64,000 nt of DNA from Octopus vulgaris (Eukaryota), in the NCBI GenBank assembly GCA_951406725.2, contig OX597830.1, positions 2,480,001-2,544,000 of the forward strand, given 5' to 3'. The notes beneath the pieces are model-generated. The model made no database searches. It saw only the letters and a list, made by a program, of their open reading frames with translations, and was not told the origin of the DNA. Below, in pieces: positions 26,499 to 38,038 of the stretch (its first letter is position 1; each line of letters opens with the position of its first letter). The translations under genes and the position numbers were made by a program.

Positions 26499-26543
<45 letters not shown>

Positions 26544-26557
26544 TCATGCACACACAC

Positions 26558-26593
<36 letters not shown>

Positions 26594-26634
26594 TCATGCA
26601 CACACACGCACACATATATAAGTGTATGTATGTG

Positions 26635-26672
<38 letters not shown>

Positions 26673-27215
26673 AATATGTGTAAGAGGCTATTGCATAATT
26701 TCCATCAACCAAGAATGCATCAACTATTGCTGTTAGAAAGGACTTACCTAATACACTGCACAGACACATCATAAAAATAAAAACTATTTAGCAACACAGT
26801 AAACATCCTAATCAAATGGCTCCAATTTCCCTCTTTGCAATAACATACCTGTAATATCTTTTACAGGTAATAGTCGTTTGCCCACTTTCACATGTCATTG
26901 ACAATGAAATCAGATCAGCAAGAAAGAGATTTACCAGTAGCCATCTTGGAAGCAACACAGATTTTTATTTTGCTCTGTATAATAAGTAAAACACAGTATG
27001 TCTATTCTGTTTAGTTTCTGCCCGAAAACCATTACCAAGTCAAAAATTTGACTAAATTACTTGAATCCCAAATGCTGATCTATGTTGCCATCCAGTAATT
27101 ACTTTGTTATGTTTTGTCCAAAAGAAATTATCAGTCATTGAGCAACAGGAAGGAGAGGCAGAGGGAGAAAGGAGAGAATTATATAACTACATACATATGT
27201 GTATGTATGTATATG

Positions 27216-27257
<42 letters not shown>

Positions 27258-29774
27258 TATATATATACGTATATATACACACACATACAGAGATAAGGAA
27301 AGAAGGAAAGAAAGAAAGAGAAGTGGTAGAGAAGAGAGAGAAAAAAAGAAATATGTAAAATAAATAAACAAACAAATAAATACAAGCCAAATGTATTTTC
27401 TTTCTTCTTGAAAATTATTTTCTGTTTTCTGGCAGAAGTAATTTTGAAATAGCCAAGATGAAAACAAAAACCATCTTTTTTAGACATAATGATATTATTC
27501 AAAGTTTGAAAATCAAAAAAAAAAAGAAAAAAGAAATTGAAATAATTAGAAGTTTAGAGAGGCAAATTTATTTTATCATTTTGCTCAGCTTGAGACAAAT
27601 TATTTTTACCGAAAATTAATTTTTTGTGTGTGTGGGTTTTGTTCCTTGCCTTGTTTTTCTTTTCTATATTATCATAATATATAACTCAAGTCTATTTGTT
27701 TGTTTGTTTGTTTACTTCCTTCATGCTAATATAATCCCTTCAGCAAGAATTCAAAAACTCAGTCCCCAGAATCTAATCAATACTTTTATTTCCATCATGC
27801 ATTACAAGATGTTTGCCAATCAGTAAAAGATTGAAAATACAAATTAACCATAAATCAAGCAAATGTAAAACTAAATATTTTTAAAAACAAAAAAAAGGCC
27901 AAAAACAAAAACATAATTCTTTAATCTCTCATATTTTATTACTTTCTTTTAAACCTGGTGATTACAGAATACGATACACGGAGAAAATACATGGAATAAT
28001 GATAGAGGAGTGACGACTGAAGAATCAGATTCCTATGAATAAAGAAACTTTGCTATGTATGTATGTATGTGTGTATGACCATCATCATCATTATCATCAC
28101 CACCACTACCACCACCATCATCATCAACGTCATCATCATCATCATCAACATTTTGCTTTCCATGATGACATGCAATTGACATATGTATGTGTGTGTGTGT
28201 ATGCATGCATGTGTGCATATGTGTGTAAGTGTGTGCAGGTGTATGTGTGTGTATGTTTGTGCGTGTGTGTGTTTATGTGTATACGTGCATGTGTGCATAT
28301 GTGTGTGAGTGCACGTGTGTGTGTGTGTGTGTGTGTGTCTGTTCATTTTGTTTTGTATTGTAGTGTGAATTTCGATGGAGTATTATACCAAGCAGTATTT
28401 TATAGCCAGACTTTTTTCTCTCATCAATTATTTTTTTCATTTTTTAAAAAATTCTAATATGCAAATGTTCTCCTGCTTCAGACGAGTGCTGTCTGTGAAC
28501 TGGGCAATGGCCAGTGAAAGGGTTGACACCTCCAGTCAGTTGTTCTTATTAATGTGTGACTGCACCCTACCCACTTCTCACATCAATTAATCCCTTCAAC
28601 TCCCGTCTTTTAACCTTTTGGTTTTGTGATTCCCTTGAATGCAGATAATATCAAAAGGGATCTATTGTTTATTTAAACATATGGCAATCAAAATGACAAA
28701 GTCTCTATAATATAAAGTTCTATTCTCATACAGGAAATCATTTCAAAAACTTACACATTACTGAATAATTTAAATTACCACTGACAGTTTTTTCTTACTG
28801 AACAATATGAAAAGATGAGATATCTTCTTAAATAACAGATTCTGTCATTTTTCCCCCTCATGAATGAGCTGCTATTAATTTATTTTGTCTGTCATGGTTT
28901 TATAATGCAATAAATTTATCTGACTATGATAGAATGGCCATATCTATAAACTGCAGGTGGAAAATGTGCTGTAAATATTATGAATATAATAATAGTATAG
29001 GCATGGTTTCTCTCTGCATGATTGCCCCACCATGTTTTATTATTTATTCCATACATGTCTCTCTTTTAATTGCCACGTATAGACAGATAAACCTGTGGCT
29101 TTTCTTCTGATATATGCATACACATATACATAGCTACATACACATACATACTTATCTATATATAGATTTTTTAGGAAGTTAGGAGTGACTAGGTTGGGGC
29201 TGATGTAAGGGGATAACCCCATCCTGCTAACCCCATGCTGCAGCATGGGCAATTAGTGTTTGTTTGCAAAGCCAACTTACCACTGTATATTTCTTCCTCC
29301 AGTTCTAGAGAGGTTATTCACTTCCAGCCATTTGAGTCTCATGAGTTGCCTATATTGCTAAGCGCTTTATAGGTGTGAACCCAATGGCTGCTCTATGATC
29401 AGCCATGACTTTTAACTCCCTAAAAAATGTATTACAGCTTTAATGCTTTTGAGTGTGCTTCGTTTTCAGATAAATGAACTGCAGGCTACACACACACACA
29501 CATCTATATATATATATATATATCATACACACACATACATATACAGGTTGCAATGGGTATATTGTTGACATGTTATATTTTTAATTTTGCACCTGCACAT
29601 TGTTTGTTTTTGATCCCCTTTTGAACTTCATTAGTTTACAGCTGTTTCTGTGATAAGATACAGTGGACTCATCTGTTGAGTACCTGAATAATGGCTTATG
29701 GCTTCATTGCAGCATCAGATATCGAGTGCAATTTATTTGGCAAAAAAATTACAATTCTATACTTAAGGGATTTA

Positions 29775-30050
29775 CATTATTTACATTTGACAGATATTTG
29801 TCCTCATCTTGTTTGTTGTTAACACAACATTTCGGCTGATATACTCTCCAGCCTTCATCAGGTGCCTTGGGGAAATTTCAAACCTGGGTTCTCATTCCTA
29901 AGGTATTTTTTTTGACATTATTATTATTATTATATTATTATTATCATGGTTATTATAATTATTATTATTATTCAGGTCACTGCTTGAAATCAAACTCGGA
30001 ATCTTGGGGTTAGTAGCCCATGCACTTAACCACTATGCCATATGCCCGTG
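29775..30050 (-). mobile_element. tRNA-headed SINE carrying a hammerhead, with 8-bp TSD
   Basis: Head GGGCATATGGCATAGTGGTTAAG...GAGTTTGATTTC, then (TAA)n, then body; GGGATTTA at 29767-29774 and 30051-30058. Confidence 0.75.
29821..29866 (-). ncRNA. Minimal type I hammerhead ribozyme fold
   Basis: GGCAC-CUGAUGAA-GGCUG(GAGAGUAUAU)CAGCC-GAAAUGUU/GUGUU. Confidence 0.75.
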
Positions 30051-30569
30051 GGGATTTATGGAGTGAATTTTAGGGCTAATAAATCTAACATTTTCCGATC
30101 CTTCCTTAATTTCAGTTCCCTTTGTGCATTTATAAAGAAAGGCATTATCAATGAGAAAGTTAATGCAGATGTATATAAAAGAGATGTACGTCTCTTCTTT
30201 CTCTCCTCTCCCTTCCTCTCCATTCTTTCTCCAACTAACATAGTCATGGATTTCTTCTACTGCAACCCATTTCTCTCCTTCTTTTCATACTCTAATCTCT
30301 CCTCATCTGGCACAAAGCCACGTCCCTCAATACTGTGTCCCCAGCATCAGTTGAAAGATCTTGTCTTACAAATTACTTGGTGACCTCACTGCTGTCGGTG
30401 CCATGTAAAATTCACCCAGTGCACACTCTGTAAAGTGGTCGGCATTAGGAAGGGCATCCAGCCAGAGAATCCAAGCCATAGATGATGGTAGAGCTTGATG
30501 CAACCCTCTGACTTTGGTAGCTCCTGTCAAACCATCCAAGCTCATGCCAACATGAAAGGAGATTGTTAA

Positions 30570-30629
30570 GTGATAATGATGATGATGCTGAAGCTGCTGC
30601 TGCTGATGAGGTGGAGGATGAGATGATGG

Positions 30630-30660
<31 letters not shown>

Positions 30661-30689
30661 GGTGGTGATGAGGATGATGATAATGATGG

Positions 30690-30720
<31 letters not shown>

Positions 30721-30955
30721 GGTGATGAGGATGATGATAATGATGGTGATGATGATGGTGGTGGTGGTGGTGGTGGTGAGGATGATGATGATGGTGGTGA
30801 GGATGATGATGATGGTGGTGGTGGTGATGAAGATGATAATGACGATGATGATGAGGATGAGAATGACGATGATGATGATGATGATGATGATAATGATAAT
30901 AAAGATGATAATGATGATGATGATGAGGATGATGGTGATGGTGGTGGTGATGATA
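30570..30955. repeat. Compound (GAT/GGT)n expansion at an RTE tail
   Basis: Direct reading; follows the RTE-tail fragment 30360-30570. Confidence 0.9.
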
Positions 30956-31263
30956 TATGTATACATACTTACATGCATACATCTATAGTTTTTCACATTC
31001 TTGTTTTAACACCCACTTTTCTATGTTTGCTTGTGTCAGCTAAAATTCTAAGAGGCAGATCTCTTATGGCTTGACCCTCTTCCTGTTGCCAACCTTTAAC
31101 AGTATTTGAGCATGTAATATTTCACTAATCTCTTGAACATGAACAGTTCAAAATCTGGAGATGCTGTCACTGACGATGACAAATGAACACCACCATTTGT
31201 ACGATGGAGGTATTTGCTTACAGCTTCAATGGGATGTCAAAACATGGAGACACAAATGAACAC

Positions 31264-31299
<36 letters not shown>

Positions 31300-31417
31300 A
31301 TCTCTTTGTACACTTGTATGCTTATACCAATATACAACAACTCACAAAGACACATTTAAAACTATCTGTCTATCTCTCTCTCTCTCTCTTTCTATCTATC
31401 TATCTATCTATCAATGC

Positions 31418-31473
<56 letters not shown>

Positions 31474-31651
31474 TAAGAGATAATGGTGTCATTGAGACCC
31501 AAAGGTGTCAGGTAATGCTGAATAAGTGCTATAGACAGACCATAGTTAAGTTCCAGATTCAGTAATTTTACTAATAAAGGGTTCAACGTTGGTTCTATGT
31601 CAGCAGGTGTATATAAGATTTTTTTGTGTAATGAGATAAAAAAAAAACCAA

Positions 31652-31719
31652 GGCTCTATAGATATTAGACCATTTATAGATAGATAAATATCTATAAATG
31701 CTCTAATATCTATAGAGCC
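31652..31719. repeat. 31-bp-arm hairpin with 6-nt loop
   Basis: ggctctatagatattagaccatttatagata / tatctataaatgctctaatatctatagagcc, 1 mismatch. Confidence 0.85.
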
Positions 31720-31785
31720 ATGTTCTCCTCCCTTCCCCCCACTCATAAGTGTCTGATATTTTGATATCTACTCATTAAGCAAAAA

Positions 31786-31841
<56 letters not shown>

Positions 31842-31983
31842 TAAAAAATGGAGTTAACTCAGGTTTAACAAGTATTTTTACTTTCGACACATGTTTGAAA
31901 ATTCCACTGATACTATTTTTGCTGCCCTGGTAACTATTTATTTATTTTTCCGTGTTAATTGTTAACAAGGTAAAAATACACTC

Positions 31984-32060
<77 letters not shown>

Positions 32061-32065
32061 TAAAC

Positions 32066-32257
32066 AGAATGAGTCTATAACTTACTTTTACAATTTGAAA
32101 TAATTCAGAATAAAAAAAATTAAGTATAACTCAGCAGAGTTTTTTGGGAAACAAAGGCAAAGAAATAATGTTTTATTAGAAACATCAGAACACTTCCCCA
32201 TGAGATCCATTGGTTACACACAGCTTCAAATTGTAAGCATTATTTTATGAACTCTCT
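32066..32257. mobile_element. Tc1/mariner-type MITE, degenerate
   Basis: Imperfect TIRs (...acaatttgaa / ttcaaattgt...) in a TA context. Confidence 0.45.
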
Positions 32258-32274
32258 GTGTATATATAATATAG

Positions 32275-32950
32275 AAAAGGGTAAAGACCCCCTTCAGTCT
32301 TGAATGACCATGGGATTGCACCTAGAAAGTTCCCCTCCAAGGCACAAGTCCAGGCAAGGTTGTTTATGGCAGACCAGCAGTCTCCCATGTATACGAGCCT
32401 CCCCTCTCCACACCACTGATGTTATCAAAGGGAAGGGCAAAGGGGCCGATACAGCTTGGCACCCGTGACGTCACAACTCATTTCTACAGCTGAGTGAACT
32501 AGAGCAACATGAAATAAAGTGTCTTGCTCAAGAACACAACACACAGCCTGGTCTGGGAATTGAACTCATGACCTCATCAGTTGTGAGCCTGACACTCTAA
32601 CTACTGAGCCATGCACTTTCACACACATAGCTGGGTGCTCTATTGGCTGTTGCCATGATGTGTTTTCCAATTGATTTGGTCAATGGAAGAGACTGCTCGT
32701 AGAATTAACATGCAAGTGGCTGAGTACCCCACAGATATGCATACTCTTCCTAGTTGTTGGGGTTATTCAGCATGACACTGTGGCAAGGCCAGCCGTTTTG
32801 AATTAGAGGTACAACTCATTTTGCCCATTTGAGTGGACTGGAGCAATGTGAGATAAAGTGTCTTGCCCAAGGACGCAATGTGATGCTGGGAATTGAACTC
32901 ATGACATTACAACCATGAACTTGATATTGCTAACCACTAAGCTTGACATG
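32275..32950 (-). mobile_element. Two adjacent family B SINEs (32275-32620, 32640-32950)
   Basis: The first matches 42927-43260 in reverse; the second matches 850-1167. Confidence 0.8.
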
Positions 32951-33794
32951 CTAACCACACACACACACACACACACACACATGTATATATATACACACAC
33001 ACACACACACAGCAGGCTTCTTTCTGTTTCCCTCTGCCAAATCCACTCCCAAGGGCTACAGTAGTAAAAGGTGGCACACAACAGGATCGAACCCAGAACC
33101 ACTTGGTTGTAAAGTGGTGGCAATCACTGAGTAGCCATCGATACGCCACATGTTCTCCTCCCTTCCCCCCACTCATAAGTGTCTGATATTTTGATATCTA
33201 CCATTTCCTTCATAATGAATTTGTAATAAATAATTGCCTCACCCCTCACTCTCACACAAACCCCCTGATGCAATCACCTCAGGTCATTGCAATATGAAAG
33301 ATCAGACATTAATTTATTGTCGAAGAACCTCTCTAAGGTATCGCCATCGATCAGTTTCCTTTCAAAACTATTAGAAATCTCGGAAAGAATAACTTCAGGA
33401 AAGGCTTCTATTTTCTTTCCATTATAAGTTTTGGTATTTCTTGGTACCAAAGCTGGAATACGTTTGCACAGATTCAAATATTGATTTCTTACTTGGGAGA
33501 ATTCTTTTAGTCTTTTATTACTGGTTTCATTCACTGGACATTGAGTGGCCATGCTGGGGCATTGTTTATATATTATGATAATATCCATAAGAGGAAAATT
33601 TAATTGCATGTATCAATAGCAGTGTAGTATTGATATCTTGGGTCAGTCCAAGATCGTACATGGAGGGGTGAAAGGAATAGAGATGATTCAACAGACTTTA
33701 GTTTACAGTTTGAAAATATAAACCAAAAAACAAGAAAAGGAAATGTCTGCGCATTTGAGTTTACAACTTCTTCACTTAATAAATATTACCTCCT

Positions 33795-33925
33795 TGTTCT
33801 TCCTCCTTGCTGTTCTTCCTTCTTCTTCCTCCTTGCTCTTCCTCCTTCTTCTTCCTCCTTGCTCTTCCTCCTTCTTCTTCCACCTTGCTCTTCCTCCTTC
33901 TTCTTCCTCCTTGCTCTTCCTCCTT
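33795..33925. repeat. CT-rich minisatellite (cttgctcttcctccttcttcttcctc-like units)
   Basis: Direct reading of the sequence. Confidence 0.8.
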
Positions 33926-35959
33926 CATCATCACTACCACCACAATACCACCACCAACACTACCATCACCATCACAACAACTGCCATTCCAATGTTCATA
34001 GCTTGTTTCCTAATTCTCCCTAGACCACCCTCCAAGAGTCCAGTCAATCCCAACAGGCATGAAAATCTTTAAATTAATCAAAAACTATAAATATAACAAT
34101 AAATAAAGAAAAACAATAAAATAAATAGATGTGATGAACAAAAGCCAAAGAAATACAAAATTGTGTTGTATTTTGGCCTCATTTCATGAAATATTTTCTT
34201 ACTGGGACACACAGGTAAAGGGAACCGCAACGATGTTGTTTTCTATTACACCTGAGGCAGTTTGCTAAACATGGAACCAATTCTACTCTTTGTTTCCTTC
34301 ATAATTTTCACCATTCTATTCTTAATGTAAATTCTTTCTTCAAATCCACTTTTGGTCTCTTTTTTATTATTGAATGTTTTACAAATTTACAAATAAAGAT
34401 GCACACACACACACACACACACACAAACATACATACACACAATCCCACATTTAAAGATATATATGAAAGCGAATAATTACATGTGATTGCTTTTTTAAAT
34501 ATCTCAGTAACTACCTGTAGATGTGTGTGTGTGTGTTAGTAGAATTTCTATAAAGCAAATTCCCTCACAAGTCATGGGTTGACCCAAGATTATGCCAGAA
34601 GACACTTATAGAGCCAGTTTCTCTCTCTTTCTCTCACTCACTCACTCTGTCTTTTTATATTCCCCTACAACTCTGTCTCTCCTTGCTCTCCTTTCTTCTC
34701 CTATCGGGGTGGCCAACTATTCCCTCTGTATTAAGGCACCTCTCTCTATTCCTCTATTATTGTCTAACCTCTCCCCTGGCACCAAGCCACTTCCCTTGGC
34801 TCCACTCCCTCAATCATCTTGCAAGTTACTTGGCAACCATACTGGTACTGGTGCCATATGAAAAGCACCCAGTGCACTCTGTAAAGTGGTTAGCATCAGG
34901 AAGGACATCCAGCTGAAGAGAAATCAAGTCAAAGTGGACAATGGGGCCTAGTGTGGCTCTGGTCAAACTGTCCAATCCATGCCGGCATCGAAGATGGACG
35001 TTAAATGATGATGGGGATGCTGATGTTAAGGATGAGGAGAAGGATGATACTTATACAAAGGGCAGTGCAAACTGAATGGTTGAGAAACAAACTTCTTAAC
35101 CACACAGCCATACTTACTCTTATGTATGTGTGTGAGTGTATGTATGTATGTATGTATGTATGTATGTATGTATGTATGTATGTATGTATGTATGTATGTA
35201 TGTATGTATGTATGTGTGAATGTATGTATGTATGTGTGAATGTATGTATGTATGTGTGAATGTATGTATGTATATATGTATGTAGGTATATATGTATGTT
35301 TGAATGTATGTATATATATGTATGTATATATGTGTATGTATGCATGTGTATGTATGTATACATGTGTATATTTTCGTTCATATTTTTAGGTTGTTTTATG
35401 GAAAATAGTGCAAGTTTAAAATAACATCAGTCAATATTTACTTTCATTTTATACCAATTATTAAAGTACTAACCGTAACCCAAAGATGGTCTTATTTTAC
35501 CATTCTATACGCATTCTTTGATTTCCAGCTTTACTTTCTGATGACAACTTTGTCTTCTCAACATAATTATTATTGATTTATATATAAATACACGATTTTA
35601 TTAACTTTTATTAACTGTATTGTAGTTTCATCTTTCATTATAAACTGATTGAAACGTCTGTACTTTCTCAAGTGCTACCACCACCAGTCTGGTATTAATT
35701 ATTATTTTTCTTTGATTATTCTTCGTTAACTTACAAACATAACATACTTATTACACTAGAACAATACAATTTCAGATTCTATGAGATGATTAATTCTGTT
35801 AATTCAGGGTTTCATTGCGTACACCTACACATTTATTGAAATATAACTTTTTATATCCCATTCTTAAATCAAATTTCGTGCACAACATTAATTATATCAG
35901 AGATTTAACCAAGAGGTTTCATTTAAGTTTTTAGCAAAGGCTTTTTCTTTCTTTTTTTT

Positions 35960-36170
35960 TGTTTTCCGTTTTACTTGTTTTAGTCATTAGAATGCAACCA
36001 TGCCTTGAAGAATTTTAAGTCAAATGAATTGATGGCAGTTCTTTATTTCTTTCAAGCCTGGTATTTTCTTCTACTGGTCTCTTTAGTTGGGTAAGTTACA
36101 GGGATGTAAACACACCAACACTGGTTGTCAGGTGGTGTGGGGGGGGACAAACACATGCAAAGACATACAT

Positions 36171-36207
<37 letters not shown>

Positions 36208-36600
36208 TACACACACACACACACACAGAAAGGGCTTCTTTCAGTTTCCATCTATCAAATCCATGCACAAGGCTTTGGTCACCTTGAGGTTACAGTAGAA
36301 GACACTTGCCCAAGGTGCCACACAGTGGAACTGAACCTGGAACCATGCTTCTTACAGTGCACGACCATCCTTGGCACATAAGTAATGTGTGTGTAATGTT
36401 TGGTGAAAATCGGTTGAAAACTGTAGAAATGCATACATATTACAAACACAGACACACACAATCCTTTGTTTTATTTTTATAGATATGTGTGCATGTGCTC
36501 ATGCATGTGTGTGTGAGTGTGTGTCCCCAGGATTCTCAGTAAGGAGTCCACATGACCCTTGAGAGCAAGCTTCTTACCACACAGCTATGCCTGTCTATGC
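35960..36600 (-). mobile_element. SINE family A interrupted by a 204-bp inverted local copy
   Basis: SINE head broken between ggaaccatg (36340) and agcaagcttcttacc (36564). Confidence 0.75.
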
Positions 36601-37282
36601 CTGTGCTTTTAGTATTAATAAGTACATTAAGTACATCAGCATGGCTGAGTGACCCAAGGTGCTGCATTCCTGATTTTCCTGATCTTCCTGTGATCCTTTT
36701 TCTTTAAATTTAATGCCGCTGGAAAGAATTCATTTGAACTCACAAGAGTTTTACGACAGCGATGACATGGCACAGGTCGACTCAACTAAGTTTAGATATC
36801 GCCCCTCCCCTCATCTTTTTATTCTTCCCAACTTCCATCATTTTACAGAGATTAAACAGAACAGAGAAACCCTAAGACCTTCACTGTTTGAAACACTAAG
36901 TTTGGGGAAACTTAGAAGTTAGAATCATGTTTAATCATTATCTCTCTGTGTATCTTTTTCTCCCCCCCTCTCTCTCTCCTCTCTCATTTGTTTTATATCC
37001 ATTTTTCCATGCAAGCAGGCCTTGAGCAAACTCATTTTATGAAGGTGTTGTTTTAAAACTGTCTTTTTGGTGACTAACCCCTGATGGTTATATTGTTATT
37101 CAAGAGAGTTTTCTGTCTCCTTATCTTTGAAAGTACAGAGAGAGAGAGAGAAAGAGGGAGAGAGAGAGGGTGAGTGAGAGAGCAGAAGGAGGAATTTTTG
37201 GCAGCAAAGGTCAACAAATGTCTCAACCATTTGCTTAAGCATTTGATGAAAAATGCAAATTGTATGGTAAGCCTTCACAAAG

Positions 37283-37535
37283 ACTATTGGTTCTCAACCA
37301 TTATTTTTTTTTTACCTGTGGATCCCTTTCATTCCTATTTTACTCAACTTGACCCTCTAAGTCATTTAATGGTTTTAAAAATCCTATTATATTTTTTTTT
37401 AAATAAATATTATTAGGAATTGTGTAAAAAAAATAAAAAATTGTGCATTGCAGAAGCATAATCAATTTATTAGAGATTTTAACAAAATCTCTTATGTGCT
37501 CTCAAGGCTCATGTGGACTCCTTACTGAATCATTG
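37283..37535. mobile_element. Degenerate hAT-like MITE
   Basis: Begins tggttctcaacc, resembling CAGTGGTTCTCAAC termini; the other end is decayed. Confidence 0.4.
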
Positions 37536-37581
37536 ACACACACACTCACACACACACACATGCATGAGCACATGCACACAT

Positions 37582-38038
37582 ATCTATAAAAATAAAACAA
37601 AGGATTGTGTTTCTGTGTTTGTAATATGTATGCATTTCTACAGTTTTCAACTGATTTCCACCAAACATTGCACACACATTACTTATGTGCCAAGGATGGT
37701 TATGCTCAGTAATTTTTTGCCCAGAGCTCCTGTGTAATGTGAGAAACAGGGAAAAAAGGGGTTTTACACAGCCTTTACTCTAAAGACTGCAGTTTTCAAC
37801 TGATTCTCTCCCTTTTCTATGCTTCTCTTATTTACATACATTCCCCCCCCCCCCTGTAATAGTTTCTTTCTTTTAGTCTGTCTTCTTTCCTTCCTTTCTT
37901 CCTTCCATTTTTCTTTCTTTCTTTCTGTTTAACTAAAGGCAATGCACCAGTATGGCCACAGTCAGAAGATTGAAACAAGTAAAAGAATTAAAAAACTATG
38001 CCATTTTTATTGCGAGCAACGCCAGGCATCTCTGCTTG
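37582..38038 (+). mobile_element. Non-autonomous Helitron, degenerate
   Basis: 5' TCTATAAAAATAAAA; 3' gagcaacgccaggcatctctgcttg similar to the 3' end of the 63234 copy. Confidence 0.6.

Larger units (their letters stand above)
26032..26510. mobile_element. Spacerless 430-bp palindromic element (arms 26032-26246 / 26247-26461) plus a ~50-bp extension
   Basis: Centre ccgtcag|ctgacgg; near-identical arms; (TA)n on both sides; second copy at 58289-58764. Confidence 0.9.

Noticed and set aside
30445-30996. Long poly-His/Ile/Met ORFs (also 54415-54888, 60343-60777, 19919-20225, 5023-5311)
   Set aside because: Translations of trinucleotide microsatellites that are open in several frames; no coding evidence.
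33274-33609. 111-aa ORF with protein-like composition
   Set aside because: The N-terminal part is a SINE tail; no recognisable motif or clear splice sites in the rest.
35530-35665. CUGAUGA and GAAACGUC motifs suggesting a hammerhead
   Set aside because: The motifs are about 110 nt apart with no convincing helices I or II.
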